A DNA stretch of 64,000 nt from the NCBI GenBank assembly GCA_965207225.1, contig CBDBLV010000005.1, positions 960,001-1,024,000 of the forward strand. The letters run 5' to 3'. The position numbers and the translations under genes were made by a program. Below the pieces are notes generated by a model. It worked only from the letters and a program-made list of their open reading frames with translations, ran no database searches and was not told the origin of the DNA. Below, one piece after another: positions 10,333 to 20,934 of the stretch. Origin of the DNA: Dehalococcoidia bacterium (GTDB taxonomy: Bacteria; Chloroflexota; Dehalococcoidia; Plut-88900). Position 1 is the stretch's first letter. Every line of letters starts with the position of its first letter.

Positions 10333-11526
10333 ATGCAGTTAGCCTTCACGCAAAAGGAAGAGGCTTTTCGGCAGGAGATAAAGGACTTTCTCGGCCAGGA
10401 GCTGCCTGATAACTGGGAGGGCCTGGAGGAAGGTGACGAGTACGAGGGAGAAGGGCTGGAGTTCACCCGACACATGGCCAAGACCCTGGCCGGCAAGGGC
10501 TGGCTAACCCTGGCCTGGCCCACCGAGTACGGAGGACAGGACCGCCCGATGATGGAGCAGGTGGTCTACCAGGAGGAGATGGCCTACAACCTGGTGCCGC
10601 CGGCGACGCTGGACATGGGGGTCGGGGGAATTGGATGGGTCGGGCCTACGTTGATGATCTACGGCACCGACGATCAGAAGAAGGAGCACATCCCATACAT
10701 CGGAGCTGGGGAGAGGTTCTGGTGCACGGGGTACAGCGAGCCGGACTCTGGGTCCGACCTGGCGTCTCTGCAGACCGAGGCCCGTGCAGACGGCGACCAC
10801 TACGTAGTCAACGGCCAAAAGACGTGGAACAGCGGCGGTCACGCCATGGACTGGTGCTGGCTGGCGGTGAGGACCGACCCCCAGGCGCCCAAGCACAAGG
10901 GGATTAGCCTGATACTGGTCGATCTCCGGACCCCGGGCATCACCATCGAGCCGATAGTGAACATGGCTAACTCTCACCACTTCAACGAACTTTTCTTCGA
11001 AAACGTCCGGGTGCCCAAGGCCAACCTGGTAGGTGAAGAAAACATGGGCTGGTACTACGTTGCTGTGGCCCTGGACTTCGAAAGGTCACACATCCGGGAT
11101 GCTGCGATCCAGAAACGACACCTAGACGAGATAGCGGCGCACTTGGGGCGATCCGGGTCCCGGAGGCCGGCATTGAACAACGATGATGCGATCCGCAACC
11201 GGCTGGCGGAGGCGGCGATTGACATAGAGCTAGGGCGCTGGATGGCGTACCGGGTGGCCTGGATGCAGGGTCAGGGTATCGTCCCCAACGCCGAGGCCTC
11301 GATGTGCAAGATCATACTTACTGAAAGCGCTCAGCGGCTGGCAAACACGATCATGTGGGTGCTGGGGCTGCACGGTCAGCTGGGGGTAGGGTCGGCGTGG
11401 GAAGTGTTCAAGGGCCGGTTCCAGCGGGAGTACCTACTGTCGAGGTCCCAGACCATTGCGGGTGGGACATCGGAGATACAACGGGGGATCATCGCCCGGC
11501 GGGGGCTGGGGTTGCCTCGGGGGTAG
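10333..11526 (+). CDS. Acyl-CoA dehydrogenase family protein
   Basis: WCTGYSEPDSGSDLASL, VNGQKTWNS, FNELFFENVRVP, TIAGGTSEIQR. Confidence 0.92.
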   Translation: MQLAFTQKEEAFRQEIKDFLGQELPDNWEGLEEGDEYEGEGLEFTRHMAKTLAGKGWLTLAWPTEYGGQDRPMMEQVVYQEEMAYNLVPPATLDMGVGGIGWVGPTLMIYGTDDQKKEHIPYIGAGERFWCTGYSEPDSGSDLASLQTEARADGDHYVVNGQKTWNSGGHAMDWCWLAVRTDPQAPKHKGISLILVDLRTPGITIEPIVNMANSHHFNELFFENVRVPKANLVGEENMGWYYVAVALDFERSHIRDAAIQKRHLDEIAAHLGRSGSRRPALNNDDAIRNRLAEAAIDIELGRWMAYRVAWMQGQGIVPNAEASMCKIILTESAQRLANTIMWVLGLHGQLGVGSAWEVFKGRFQREYLLSRSQTIAGGTSEIQRGIIARRGLGLPRG

Positions 11527-11599
11527 GAAGACTGAGCGCCCGACGTTGACTTTTTCGGGACCCGACCTTCACATTTGAGAAAATAAGGAGTAGTTCAAC

Positions 11600-12010
11600 A
11601 TGCCTTTGACGCTAGAGCTAGCGGAATCGATGGTGGATGCAGCCAAGGCCAAGGCCGAGGAGATGGGCTGCTCGGTGTGCGTGGCTGTCGTGGACAAAGG
11701 TGGCTACGTTATCACCGTTTCCAAGATGGACGGGTGTCTGCCCCTGGCCGCGGACGAAGCGACGAACATGGCCTACACTGCGGCGATGTTCGGGGAGAGG
11801 GGTACGGAGATTGTGAAAATGGTGGGGAGGCCCTGGTTTCAGAGCATGATAATCGCATCCCAGGGCAGGATAGTCCCCGCCGATGGTGAAATGCCTATCG
11901 TGATTGACGGGGAGATAGTGGGTGGCATTGCAGCAGGTGGTGCATCCAATGAGCAAGACGTTGCCTGCTGTCTGGCTGCGCTGGATGCCCTGGAGAAGGC
12001 GCTTTCCTGA
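11600..12010 (+). CDS. GlcG/HbpS (DUF336) heme-binding family protein
   Basis: VCVAVVDKGG, AYTAAMF, PIVIDGEIVGGIAAGG..EQD pattern; AGGAG RBS. Confidence 0.85.
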   Translation: MPLTLELAESMVDAAKAKAEEMGCSVCVAVVDKGGYVITVSKMDGCLPLAADEATNMAYTAAMFGERGTEIVKMVGRPWFQSMIIASQGRIVPADGEMPIVIDGEIVGGIAAGGASNEQDVACCLAALDALEKALS

Positions 12011-12047
12011 GCCGGTAGGGCAAACTCCGGCTCAGTGGAGAAAAGAT

Positions 12048-12084
12048 GAGGCCGCCCCCGACTCCAGGGTCGGGGGCGGCCTTC
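12048..12084. terminator. Bidirectional stem-loop terminator between convergent glcG-like gene and rpsI
   Basis: AGGCCGCCCCCGA-loop-TCGGGGGCGGCCT inverted repeat. Confidence 0.75.
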
Positions 12085-12105
12085 TACTTCAGAATCTGTT
12101 GTGGA

Positions 12106-12501
12106 CTACCGCTTGGTGTACTGAGGCGCCTTTCGGGCGCGCTTGAGGCCGTACTTCTTGCGTTCTTTGATGCGGGAGTCGCGGGTGAGGAGGCCGGCCT
12201 TGCGAAGGGTGGGCTTCAACTCTTCGTTGGCTACGACGAGGGCCCTGGCTATGCCGTGCCTTATGGCCTGGGCCTGCCCCGCAATGCCGCCGCCCGCCAC
12301 CCTGACCGAGGCGCTGTAGTTGCCGGTCAAGCCGGTGGCGTGCAACGGCTCCTGTATGGCCTGCTGTAGGGTGCGGAGAGGGAAGGCCTCGTTCATGGGT
12401 TTGCCGTTGACCACGATGGCCCCTGGACCGGGGAAAAGCCGCACCCGGGCGACGGCCTCCTTGCGCTTGCCGATGGCGTAGAAGTATCTCTGTTCAGTCA
12501 A
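12106..12501 (-). CDS. rpsI: 30S ribosomal protein S9
   Basis: GKRKEAVARV, GGGIAGQAQAIRHG, KERKKYGLKRARKAPQYTKR. Confidence 0.98.
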   Translation of the reverse strand: MTEQRYFYAIGKRKEAVARVRLFPGPGAIVVNGKPMNEAFPLRTLQQAIQEPLHATGLTGNYSASVRVAGGGIAGQAQAIRHGIARALVVANEELKPTLRKAGLLTRDSRIKERKKYGLKRARKAPQYTKR

Positions 12502-12517
12502 GGGTTACTCCCGGGGT

Positions 12518-13327
12518 CTAGGCGCCCCTCTCCTTCTCTTCTTCTGCGGTTTCAGTTGCCGGGGCTTCCTCTTCGGTCGCAGAGGCCTCGGGCTCCACGG
12601 AGGGCGGGGCCTCGGTTGTTTCAGGCTGCGGTTCCTCGGGAGGAGTGGATTGTTCGGCGGCCTCCGGGGTGTCGTTTGCGGATGCGGTATCAGATGTTAC
12701 GGGAGCGGCTTCGGCGGTCGCCTCTTCGGATACGGACTCTTCGATTACTTCTTCCTCGGCCACCGGTGTTTCCGCAACGGAGGATGCCGGCTCTTCGACC
12801 ATCTTGGGCTTGCGGACACGTTTGTTGTAGAGCGGCTTGGGCAGCCCGATCCAGGTGACGCCTTCTTCGCGGTCCCTGTCCAGGGCCCTCTGGGTGTCGG
12901 TGACCTGAGACTCGTGGGGGTGGTCGGGGCCCGGGTAGACCTTGAGGCGCCGGAACATCTGTCGGCCGAGCCGGTTGTGGGGGAGCATACCCTTCACGGC
13001 GTGCTCGATTACGCGGTTGGGGTGTCGGGCCATCATCCGGCGATAGGGGACCGCCTTAAGGCCACCCGGGTACTGGGAGTGGCTGTAGTAGATTTTCTGG
13101 TCGGCCTTGCGCCCCGTGACCCGAACCTTTGCGGAATTGACCACGATGACGAAATCGCCGGTGAGCATGTGGGGCGAGTAGTTGGGCTTGTGCTTGCCCT
13201 TGAGCAGGTGGGCTATCTGCACGGCCAAGCGCCCGAGGACTTGTCCCTCGGCGTCAATGACGTGCCACCTGGGGCGAAGGTCTGAGGATTTAGGCGTTGC
13301 GGTTGTTTTTCTAGTGAGTGTTGGCAT
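12518..13327 (-). CDS. rplM: 50S ribosomal protein L13 with long acidic C-terminal extension
   Basis: [32 protein letters not shown]; ~125 extra E/A/P/T-rich residues. Confidence 0.96.
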   Translation of the reverse strand: MPTLTRKTTATPKSSDLRPRWHVIDAEGQVLGRLAVQIAHLLKGKHKPNYSPHMLTGDFVIVVNSAKVRVTGRKADQKIYYSHSQYPGGLKAVPYRRMMARHPNRVIEHAVKGMLPHNRLGRQMFRRLKVYPGPDHPHESQVTDTQRALDRDREEGVTWIGLPKPLYNKRVRKPKMVEEPASSVAETPVAEEEVIEESVSEEATAEAAPVTSDTASANDTPEAAEQSTPPEEPQPETTEAPPSVEPEASATEEEAPATETAEEEKERGA

Positions 13328-13342
13328 TTTGCTGGAGCCGTT

Positions 13343-14149
13343 TCAATACTGGATTTTCGGGGGCGACGCAGCGGCCGCTATGGTTTCATACATGGGAAAG
13401 GGGCCGGGGTGCGGGTAACGGACTTCCTCCAGGTAGAGGCCTTGAGGAGGGAGGGTTGGGCCCGCGAGGCCGGGGGTCGGGCGTTCTATCAGTGTCCTGA
13501 ATTCGTCGACGGTCATGCGATCCCTGCCGACCTCTACCAACGCTCCGGCCGTACGCCTGACCTGGTGAGTCAGGAAGGCATTTCCTTCCATTTCAAGAAT
13601 AACGAACTTGCCGTCCCTGCGGACGGAGGCCTCGGTGATATCGCGCACCGTCGAGGCGCCAGGTACCTCTGGGGACCTGGAGAATGATGCGAAATCGTGG
13701 ACTCCGACAAGCAGCCCGGCTGCAACATCCATTGCGACCACGTTCAATTCGCCCCGCACGTAGCTGGAGTACTTGCGGAGGAGGGGGGAGGGGGTTGGGC
13801 CGTTGTATATCACGTACCGATACTGCCGGGAGACGGCATCCCTGCGGGGGTCGAAACCCAAGTCGGCCACTGAGACGGCGTGTACGGAGATGTCATCGGG
13901 CAGGTGGTGGTTGAGGGCCTGGAGAAGGGTCTCGGGGGAATGACTGGAAGCGGTCAGAAAAGAGGCAACCTGGCCCCGAGCGTGTACTCCGGAGTCGGTG
14001 CGGCCAGCACCGGCTACCCTGACCTTTTCGCCGGTCAGCTTCTCTATGGCAAGCTCAAGCTCCGACTGGATCGTTGGGGCGTTGGGCTGCCACTGGAAGC
14101 CACGGTAGCGTGTGCCGTCGTATTCGATTAGGAGGGCTATTCTTCTCAA
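13343..14149 (-). CDS. truA: tRNA pseudouridine(38-40) synthase
   Basis: EYDGTRYRGFQWQ, AGRTDSGVHA, HDFASF, FLTHQVRR; start set at TTG 14149. Confidence 0.95.
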   Translation of the reverse strand: MRRIALLIEYDGTRYRGFQWQPNAPTIQSELELAIEKLTGEKVRVAGAGRTDSGVHARGQVASFLTASSHSPETLLQALNHHLPDDISVHAVSVADLGFDPRRDAVSRQYRYVIYNGPTPSPLLRKYSSYVRGELNVVAMDVAAGLLVGVHDFASFSRSPEVPGASTVRDITEASVRRDGKFVILEMEGNAFLTHQVRRTAGALVEVGRDRMTVDEFRTLIERPTPGLAGPTLPPQGLYLEEVRYPHPGPFPMYETIAAAASPPKIQY

Positions 14150-14191
14150 GATGCCTTCCCTGTGCTTGTCCACTTCAGCCAACAAGCCGGG

Positions 14192-14545
14192 TTATTCCAC
14201 CAATTCCAGTCGGGCCATAGGTGCGGCATCACCGAGGCGGGGGCCAAGCTTTACAAGCCTCATGTAGCCGCCTGGCCTTTCGGCATATCTCGGGCCCAGA
14301 TCATCGAACACCTTGGAGACGACCTTCTTGTCGGCGACATAGGCGAGGGCCTGGCGTCGGGCGTGAAGGTCTTCCCTCTTGCCCAGGGTGATTATCTTTT
14401 CGGCGATGCCCTTGATCTCTTTGGCCTTGGCCTCGGTGGTCGAAAGGTGTTCGTTGCGCAGCAGGTCGGTGACCATGTTGCGGTAAAGGGCTCTGCGGTG
14501 GTCCGACTTGCGGCCTAACTTTCGTCCTGCTTTCCGGTGTCTCAT
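14192..14545 (-). CDS. rplQ: 50S ribosomal protein L17
   Basis: [35 protein letters not shown]. Confidence 0.98.
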   Translation of the reverse strand: MRHRKAGRKLGRKSDHRRALYRNMVTDLLRNEHLSTTEAKAKEIKGIAEKIITLGKREDLHARRQALAYVADKKVVSKVFDDLGPRYAERPGGYMRLVKLGPRLGDAAPMARLELVE

Positions 14546-14546
14546 C

Positions 14547-15641
14547 TTACTGACTCTGTTCGGACTGGTCGTCCTCTTCAGGTTGTTCTTCGATTTCTTC
14601 GGCGCCCAGGAGTTCATCCACGACCTGGTCTACGACGATCTCCAGGGAAGGCTCGGGATCCTGAGCGCTGTCCGCCAAAACGGCTGCCACGTCCACGCCG
14701 TTATCCATGAGCACCTCATACAGCTCGCTCAGGGACTTTTCTCCGAAATTCCTGATCTCGAGGAGCTCTTCTTCTGTTTTCTCCAGGACCTCGCCGACGG
14801 TGGTCAGGCCTGCCTTGGAAAGACAGTTGTAGATCCTGGAGGGCAGGTTCAGGACATCCAGGCTCATGGCGTACTGCTCGGGTGGGAGGTTCAGGCGTCG
14901 ACCGTCTAAAAGGCCGGAGGCCAATCCAAGGTTAGCGAAAAGCGAGAAGTAATTTATAAGCGCCTGCCCAGCTTCCCGCAATGCCTGAACGGGTCGGATA
15001 GTGCCGTCGGTCCAGGCATCCAGCACGACCCGCTCCTTGCCGATATAGGGGCCGGTCCTGATGGGTTCGACCTTGAAATTAACCTTCTGTACGGGGGTGA
15101 ACACGGCGTCGACCGGCAAGGCTCCGAGGGGCAGGCCATCGATGTTGGCGGCGGGCATGTATCCCCTACCCCTCTCTACATTGAACTCCACCGACAGAAC
15201 TGCTTCGTCCGAGTCCATGGTTGCGAGATGCAGGTCCGGATTGGCGACTTCATACTCGGCGGCGGGGCTTATGTCGCCAGCGAGGACTTCGCGTTCTCCT
15301 TGCACGTCCAGGAACAACCGTCCGGGCTGGTCCGAGTTGGACTTCAACCTGATGCCTTTGACGTTCAGCAAGAACTCCGTGACGTCTTCGGTGACATGGT
15401 CGATGGTGGAGTATTCGTGCTGGATTCCCTGGATTTTGACCCAGGTGATAGCGGCGCTTTCGATGGAACTCAGAAGGACGCGCCTTACCGAGTTGCCGAT
15501 GGTAGTGCCCAATCCCCTTTCGAGGGGCTCGACGCTGAACTGGCCGTAGGTCTCCTCGTCTTCGAGGACCTGAATTTCCGGGTTAGCTATACCAACCAGG
15601 GCATCACTGACCTGATACGGTTCGCTGTATATATCCATCAT
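14547..15641 (-). CDS. rpoA: RNA polymerase subunit alpha
   Basis: [44 protein letters not shown]; acidic C-tail. Confidence 0.97.
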   Translation of the reverse strand: MMDIYSEPYQVSDALVGIANPEIQVLEDEETYGQFSVEPLERGLGTTIGNSVRRVLLSSIESAAITWVKIQGIQHEYSTIDHVTEDVTEFLLNVKGIRLKSNSDQPGRLFLDVQGEREVLAGDISPAAEYEVANPDLHLATMDSDEAVLSVEFNVERGRGYMPAANIDGLPLGALPVDAVFTPVQKVNFKVEPIRTGPYIGKERVVLDAWTDGTIRPVQALREAGQALINYFSLFANLGLASGLLDGRRLNLPPEQYAMSLDVLNLPSRIYNCLSKAGLTTVGEVLEKTEEELLEIRNFGEKSLSELYEVLMDNGVDVAAVLADSAQDPEPSLEIVVDQVVDELLGAEEIEEQPEEDDQSEQSQ

Positions 15642-15671
15642 TTGGACAAGTTCTCCGAAATAGAAAGAAGC

Positions 15672-16298
15672 TTACCGTGAGTAGTATTCGATGATCAGTC
15701 TGTCGTCCACCCGGGACCCGACCAGGTCTCTTGTAGGTGCGGTCAACACGCGGCCGGTCATGGCCTGGGGGTCGACACTGAGCCAGTCGGGGATGGGCTT
15801 GCCGCGGATTTCCGCTTCCATGAACTTGAAGTGTTCCGACTTACGTCCCCGGGGAGTCCAGCCGACCTGATCGCTGACCTCAAGCAGGTAGGAGGGGATG
15901 TCCGTTGCCTGGCCATTGACCGAGATGTGGCCGTGGCTGATAAGCTGTCGGGCCTGGTTGCGGGAGGTGGCAAAGCCCAACCTGAAGACGACGTTGTCCA
16001 ATCTGCTCTCCAGGATTTTCAGGAAGTTGTCGCCGGTGACGCCGGGCTGTTCCCGTGCGGCGCTGAAGTGACGGAAGAGCTGTCGTTCCACCAGGCCGTA
16101 GGTGTGCTTGACCTTCTGTTTTTCCCTGAGCTGCAGGCCTCTTTCGGAGACCCTGCGGCGCCGGGTGCCGCGCTGGCCCGGGGGCCCGATCCGGCGCTCG
16201 ATAGCGCACTTGGGCGTAAGGCAACGGTCGCCCTTGAGGAAGAGCTTCTCGCCCTGCCTTCTGCATAGCCTGCAAACGGGACCTGTGTAACGAGCCAA
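15672..16298 (-). CDS. rpsD: 30S ribosomal protein S4 (Zn-binding type)
   Basis: MARYTGPVCRLCRR, QLREKQK, LESRLDNVVFRLG, IIEYYSR. Confidence 0.98.
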   Translation of the reverse strand: MARYTGPVCRLCRRQGEKLFLKGDRCLTPKCAIERRIGPPGQRGTRRRRVSERGLQLREKQKVKHTYGLVERQLFRHFSAAREQPGVTGDNFLKILESRLDNVVFRLGFATSRNQARQLISHGHISVNGQATDIPSYLLEVSDQVGWTPRGRKSEHFKFMEAEIRGKPIPDWLSVDPQAMTGRVLTAPTRDLVGSRVDDRLIIEYYSR

Positions 16299-16315
16299 AG
16301 GGTGTGTCCTCCGTG

Positions 16316-16705
16316 CTAAATGCGCCTGCGCTTCGGGGGTCGACAGCCGTTGTGAGGAATGGGCGTGACGTCCCTGATGCTTACGATGTTAATACCCGCC
16401 GCGGCAAGGGAGCGGATAGCGGCTTCTCGACCGCTGCCGGGTCCCTTGACGAAGACCTCGACTTCCCGCAATCCCTGGTCGGTGCCCTTGCGGGCGGCCT
16501 GGTCGGCGGCTCTTTGGGCGGCGAAGGCCGTGCCTTTTCGGGACCCCTTGAAGCCCATAGTCCCAGAGCTTCCCCACGCTATGACGTTCCCGTTGGGGTC
16601 CGTGAGAGTTATCTTGGTGTTGTTGAAGGTAGACTGGATGTAGGCCCGCCCCACGGGGACGAACTTCTTCTCCCTGCGCCTGGCCCTTCCCTTTTGCTTG
16701 GCCAT
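16316..16705 (-). CDS. rpsK: 30S ribosomal protein S11
   Basis: [37 protein letters not shown]. Confidence 0.98.
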   Translation of the reverse strand: MAKQKGRARRREKKFVPVGRAYIQSTFNNTKITLTDPNGNVIAWGSSGTMGFKGSRKGTAFAAQRAADQAARKGTDQGLREVEVFVKGPGSGREAAIRSLAAAGINIVSIRDVTPIPHNGCRPPKRRRI

Positions 16706-16714
16706 GTTTACCTC

Positions 16715-17098
16715 TTACTTCTTGGCCCTGACCTGCCTGCGGCCTGCCACCGTGCGCCTCGCGCCTCTCTTGGTCCTGGCGTTGGTCTTGGTCCTCTGGC
16801 CTCTGACCGGCAGTCCCCGGCGGTGCCTGACGCCCCGGTAGGTGTTGACTTCCACGAGGCGTCGGATATTCTGCTGCACCTGGCGCCGCAGGTCTCCCTC
16901 GACGATGTACTGCTTGTCGATGACTTCCCTGACGCGGTTGAGATCGTCTTCAGAGAGCTCACCGACCTTGGACTCGGGGCTGACCTGGGCGGCCTCGGCG
17001 ACCTTTGTAGCGGTAGTCGGGCCAACACCATAGATGGATGTGAGGGCTATGAACAGCCTCTTGTCATTAGAGATATCTACGCCTGCAACTCTCGGCAT
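16715..17098 (-). CDS. rpsM: 30S ribosomal protein S13
   Basis: RVAGVD, LTSIYGVG, YRGVRHRRGLPVRGQRTKTNART. Confidence 0.98.
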   Translation of the reverse strand: MPRVAGVDISNDKRLFIALTSIYGVGPTTATKVAEAAQVSPESKVGELSEDDLNRVREVIDKQYIVEGDLRRQVQQNIRRLVEVNTYRGVRHRRGLPVRGQRTKTNARTKRGARRTVAGRRQVRAKK

Positions 17099-17115
17099 AA
17101 CGCCCTCCGTTTAAG

Positions 17116-17229
17116 CTATCCCTGCCTCTGCTTGTGCTTGGGGACTTCGCAGATAACGCGAAGAGTCCCGTGACGGCGAACTATCTTGCACTTGTCGCAC
17201 ATTTTCTTTACAGAAGCCCTGACTTTCAT
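17116..17229 (-). CDS. rpmJ: 50S ribosomal protein L36 (37 aa, below ORF-track cutoff)
   Basis: Manual translation [37 protein letters not shown]; GGAGG RBS. Confidence 0.97.
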   Translation of the reverse strand: MKVRASVKKMCDKCKIVRRHGTLRVICEVPKHKQRQG

Positions 17230-17241
17230 CGCGGACCTCCC

Positions 17242-17475
17242 CTATTTGAACCGATAAGTGATCCTGCCCCGGGTCAGGTCGTAGGGCGAAAGCTCTACAA
17301 GAACCCGGTCCCCGAGGAGAATCCTGATGAAATGAATGCGCATTTTGCCGGAAACGTGGGCTAGTACCTGGTGCCCGTTGGCCAGCTCTACGGTAAACAT
17401 GCCGTTGGGCAGAGTCTCGACGATCCGGCCCTCGACTTCAATCTTCTCTTTCTGTCCCGTTCTCTCTTCAGCCAT
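17242..17475 (-). CDS. infA: Translation initiation factor IF-1
   Basis: [37 protein letters not shown]. Confidence 0.98.
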   Translation of the reverse strand: MAEERTGQKEKIEVEGRIVETLPNGMFTVELANGHQVLAHVSGKMRIHFIRILLGDRVLVELSPYDLTRGRITYRFK

Positions 17476-17503
17476 AGCGTATTATTGCAGTCCTTTCCTC
17501 TGG

Positions 17504-18301
17504 CTAATCTGCAAATCGGGTCATAACTATCGGTCCGTCGGCGGTTATTGCGATGCTGTGTTCAAAGTGGGCGGAGAGTTTGCCATCCCGGGTGACGACT
17601 GTCCAGCCATCGGGGAGCAGCGAGGTGGTCCAGTCGCCTATGTTGAGCATGGGCTCTATAGCGAGGGCCATGCCTTCCCGGAGCTGGAGCCCGCGTCCCG
17701 GCTTTCCGTAGTTGGGGACCGAGGGTTCTTCGTGCATCCTGCGCCCGATCCCGTGGCCGACGTATTCCCTTACGACGGAGTATCCGAGGGACTCGGCGTA
17801 GGTCTGGACGGCATGGCCGATGTCGCCTAGTCGGGCCCCGACAACAGACGCTTGGATGCCGCGCTCAAGGGACTCCCTTGTGGCTTCGATGAGCCTCTGC
17901 GCTTCATCGGTGATTTTGCCGGCTCCTACGGTTACGGCGGCGTCGCCGTGGAATCCGTCAACGATTGCTCCTACGTCTACGCTGACGAGGTCTCCTTCCC
18001 TGACTACCCTGTTACCGGGAATGCCGTGGACGATTTCTTCGTTGATGGATACGCACACGGCTGCAGGAAAGCCTCGATAGCCGACGAAGGAAGGAATGGC
18101 GCCGTGCCGTGCTATTTCGGCTCGGGCCACGGCATCCAGGTCGCCTGTTGTTATTCCCGGCTCGATGGCCTCTCTCAACGCTTTGAGAGTGTGGGCGACC
18201 ACTTGGCCTGCCTGCTTCATCAGGTCGAGCTCTCGGGGAGTTTTGATCTCCATGCCTTCCTGGACCACGACCCTGGGGCCGCCCAGGAACGTTCTGTTCA
18301 T
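17504..18301 (-). CDS. map: Methionine aminopeptidase type I
   Basis: CVSINEEIVHGIP, DVG..DGFHGD, GHGIG..MHEEP, AIEPM, SAHFEH. Confidence 0.96.
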   Translation of the reverse strand: MNRTFLGGPRVVVQEGMEIKTPRELDLMKQAGQVVAHTLKALREAIEPGITTGDLDAVARAEIARHGAIPSFVGYRGFPAAVCVSINEEIVHGIPGNRVVREGDLVSVDVGAIVDGFHGDAAVTVGAGKITDEAQRLIEATRESLERGIQASVVGARLGDIGHAVQTYAESLGYSVVREYVGHGIGRRMHEEPSVPNYGKPGRGLQLREGMALAIEPMLNIGDWTTSLLPDGWTVVTRDGKLSAHFEHSIAITADGPIVMTRFAD

Positions 18302-18969
18302 CAGGCGACCCCCTTTCCAGATGCAACCTTTAGGGAGTCGGCCATCTGGCGAGCGACCTGGTCAATGGACTGTTCGCCATCGATCTCGATGAGGTTGCCC
18401 TGGTGTTGGTAGTAGGAGATTAGGGGCGCTGTCTGGTCGTTATAGACCTGGACGCGTCTGCGGGATGTGGCCTCTGTATCGTCGTCGCGTTGATAGAGTT
18501 CGCCATCGCAGCGGTCGCACTTGCCTGCCGCCTTAGGAGGAGAGTTGACCATGTGATAGGGGGCCTGGCATTCACGGCAGATCCACCGGCCGCTGAGCCG
18601 ACGGATTAACTCCTCCTCGGAAACCTTGATGTACAGCACTGCCCCGATGCCCTTGTTGAGGTCATGCAGTGCCGTGTCCAGGGCCTGGGCCTGGGCTAAA
18701 GTGCGGGGGAATCCGTCGAGGACGGCGCCATTTTGGCAGTCGGGGTCTTCAAGGCGGTCGAGGACCATGCGGACGGTGAGTTCGTCGGGGACGAGCTCAC
18801 CCTTGTCCATGTAGGTCTTGGCCTCGAGGCCCAAGGGGGTGCCTTCGCCCAGGTTTCGGCGGAACAGATCACCTGATGCAACATGGGCTGCGCCCAGTTC
18901 CGAGGCAAGGCCAACGGCTTGAGTACCCTTGCCGGCGCCCGGGCCACCGAGAAGTATCACGTACATCAT
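18301..18969 (-). CDS. adk: Adenylate kinase (Zn-lid type)
   Basis: LLGGPGAGKGTQA, GELVPD, LDGFPRT, CxxC..CxxC lid, LYQRDDD; true start overlaps secY stop. Confidence 0.97.
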   Translation of the reverse strand: MMYVILLGGPGAGKGTQAVGLASELGAAHVASGDLFRRNLGEGTPLGLEAKTYMDKGELVPDELTVRMVLDRLEDPDCQNGAVLDGFPRTLAQAQALDTALHDLNKGIGAVLYIKVSEEELIRRLSGRWICRECQAPYHMVNSPPKAAGKCDRCDGELYQRDDDTEATSRRRVQVYNDQTAPLISYYQHQGNLIEIDGEQSIDQVARQMADSLKVASGKGVA

Positions 18970-20297
18970 CGGATGAAGCCCTCGTAGCGGCGCATCAGGA
19001 GCTGGGCCTCCAGTTGGCGCATGGTATCCAGGACAACACCGACGGCGATGAGCATGGCCACACCGGTGAGCTGCAATCCCTGCACTCCGGTGAACTCGCT
19101 GGCGAAGTAAGGGATTATGGCTATCACGCCGAGGAATATGGCGCCTCCCACGGTTATCCTGAGCAGCACCCTTGTAATGTAGTCGTTGGTGGGTTTGCCG
19201 GGTCGGATCCCGGGGATGAACCCACCATTTCTCTGCAGGTTCTCTGCGATCTGCTGCTGCTGGAATACGATTATCGAGTAGAAGAATGCGAAGGCCACCA
19301 CCAGGAAGAAGGTCATAATCCAGTAGAAGAGGCCGGTGGCATCGAAGAGGTTCGAAATGAAGCGGCCTGTGGCGGAGAGCCAACCGGCATCGGCGGTGAC
19401 GAAATAGCTAGCCACGAGGCCCGGGAAGATCATGATAGAGAAGGCGAAGATAATGGGAATCATGCCCGCAGAGTTCACTCTGAGGGGTATGTGGGTCGCC
19501 CCCGCCTGACGGTACATTCGGCCGCTGCGGAAGACGCTACGGCCATATTGGACGGGAATTCGGCGCTGCGCCTCCGTGAAGAGGACAATGCAGTAAACGG
19601 TAATCAGGGCGATGGCGAAGAAGACCACCAGGCCGCCGACGTTGCCTCTCTGCAGGAAGGACTGTCTCAGGAGGTCGGGAAGTCCCGACACTATGCCGGC
19701 GAAGATAATCATCGAGATACCGTTGCCGATGCCTCGTTCGGTTATGAGCTCTCCCAGCCAGACACAGAACATGGTGCCGGCGGTCATGGAGAACATCATG
19801 GCGATGGTCGGGCCGAGCTGGCCGCCGGTGAATCCCACGTTTTCTATCACGCCGCCGCGTTCGAGGAGTACAAGCTGGCCGAAGCTCTGGGCCAGGGCCA
19901 TGGGGACCGTCAGCCAGTGAGTAATTTGGTTTAGCCTCTGTCGACCGGCCTCGCCACCTTCCCGTGAGAGCGCCTGGAGGCGGGGTACGACGGGTATCAG
20001 CAACTGCATCACGATGGATGCGGTGATATAGGGGTAGACGCCCATGGAGGCGACGCTTAAGTTCCTGAGAGCGCCGCCGCTGAACAGGTCAAGCATCCCG
20101 GCGAGGTTGTTGCCCTGGAAATACCGGGACAGCTCATCCAGGTTGGCGCCGGGAACGGGGACGTGGGCGACGAAACGGTATATGACCAGGATCCCGAGGA
20201 CAAAGAGGACCTTGCCGCGCAGGTCGGGCTGACCGGCCACGTCGATCATGGCCTGGAGCAGCTTGGGTCGGGAGGAAACGGTCTGGGTCTGTTGCAT
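18966..20297 (-). CDS. secY: Preprotein translocase subunit SecY
   Basis: MGVYPYITASIVMQLL, WLGELITERGIGNGIS, AGMIPIIFA, FIPGIRPG. Confidence 0.98.
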   Translation of the reverse strand: MQQTQTVSSRPKLLQAMIDVAGQPDLRGKVLFVLGILVIYRFVAHVPVPGANLDELSRYFQGNNLAGMLDLFSGGALRNLSVASMGVYPYITASIVMQLLIPVVPRLQALSREGGEAGRQRLNQITHWLTVPMALAQSFGQLVLLERGGVIENVGFTGGQLGPTIAMMFSMTAGTMFCVWLGELITERGIGNGISMIIFAGIVSGLPDLLRQSFLQRGNVGGLVVFFAIALITVYCIVLFTEAQRRIPVQYGRSVFRSGRMYRQAGATHIPLRVNSAGMIPIIFAFSIMIFPGLVASYFVTADAGWLSATGRFISNLFDATGLFYWIMTFFLVVAFAFFYSIIVFQQQQIAENLQRNGGFIPGIRPGKPTNDYITRVLLRITVGGAIFLGVIAIIPYFASEFTGVQGLQLTGVAMLIAVGVVLDTMRQLEAQLLMRRYEGFIR

Positions 20298-20744
20298 CTA
20301 GCTCAGGGTCTCTACGCTGCCGCCTGCGGCCTCTATCTTGGCAACGGCGGAACCGGAGAACTTGTTTGCCTTGACGGTGAGGGGGCGGTCTATTGCCCCG
20401 CCTCCCAGCACCTTGATGGGCTTGCTCAGCGAGCGAACGATCCTACGGGAACGGAGCAACTCCGGGGTTACTTCCGTGCCGCTTTCGAAGATATTCAGCT
20501 GGGAGAGATTTATGGGCAGGTATTCGGTCCTGAAGATGTTGGTGAAGCCCCGCTTGGAGGGCATGCGCTTGATGAGCGGAAGCTGGCCGCCTTCAAAGCC
20601 GCGCCTGATACTCCCGCCCGACCTCGATTTCTGGCCCTTGTTGCCGCGCCCCGATGTATGTCCGTAGTTGCTGCCGTACCCGCGCCCGACGCGTCGGCGG
20701 GGACGCTTGGAGCCTCTTAAAGGTGACAGCTCATTGAGTCTCAT
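20298..20744 (-). CDS. rplO: 50S ribosomal protein L15
   Basis: RVGRG.GS..G.TSGRGNKGQKSRSG, FEGGQLPL. Confidence 0.98.
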   Translation of the reverse strand: MRLNELSPLRGSKRPRRRVGRGYGSNYGHTSGRGNKGQKSRSGGSIRRGFEGGQLPLIKRMPSKRGFTNIFRTEYLPINLSQLNIFESGTEVTPELLRSRRIVRSLSKPIKVLGGGAIDRPLTVKANKFSGSAVAKIEAAGGSVETLS

Positions 20745-20923
20745 TTTATCTCTTCCACTGCAACCAGGTGGGTAACCTTTTGCACCATGCCCCTTACGGA
20801 GGGATTGTCATCGTGCTCCACGGTCTGGTGCATCTTTTTCAGCCCCAGCGCCCGGAGGGTGCCCCTCTGGTCCTGGGGGTAACCTATGCTGCTCTTCTTG
20901 AGGGTTACTTTGAGTCGTGACAC
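20741..20923 (-). CDS. rpmD: 50S ribosomal protein L30
   Basis: LKVTLKKSSIG, TLRALGL, SVRGMVQKV. Confidence 0.95.
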   Translation of the reverse strand: MSRLKVTLKKSSIGYPQDQRGTLRALGLKKMHQTVEHDDNPSVRGMVQKVTHLVAVEEIK

Positions 20924-20934
20924 GGGGGTCTGCC

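Noticed and set aside
650-19383. Apparent N-terminal fusions on prmC, prfA, PGI/PMI and adk in the ORF track
   Set aside because: Artefacts of the longest-ORF start choice; the true starts sit at the upstream gene stop or behind an RBS.
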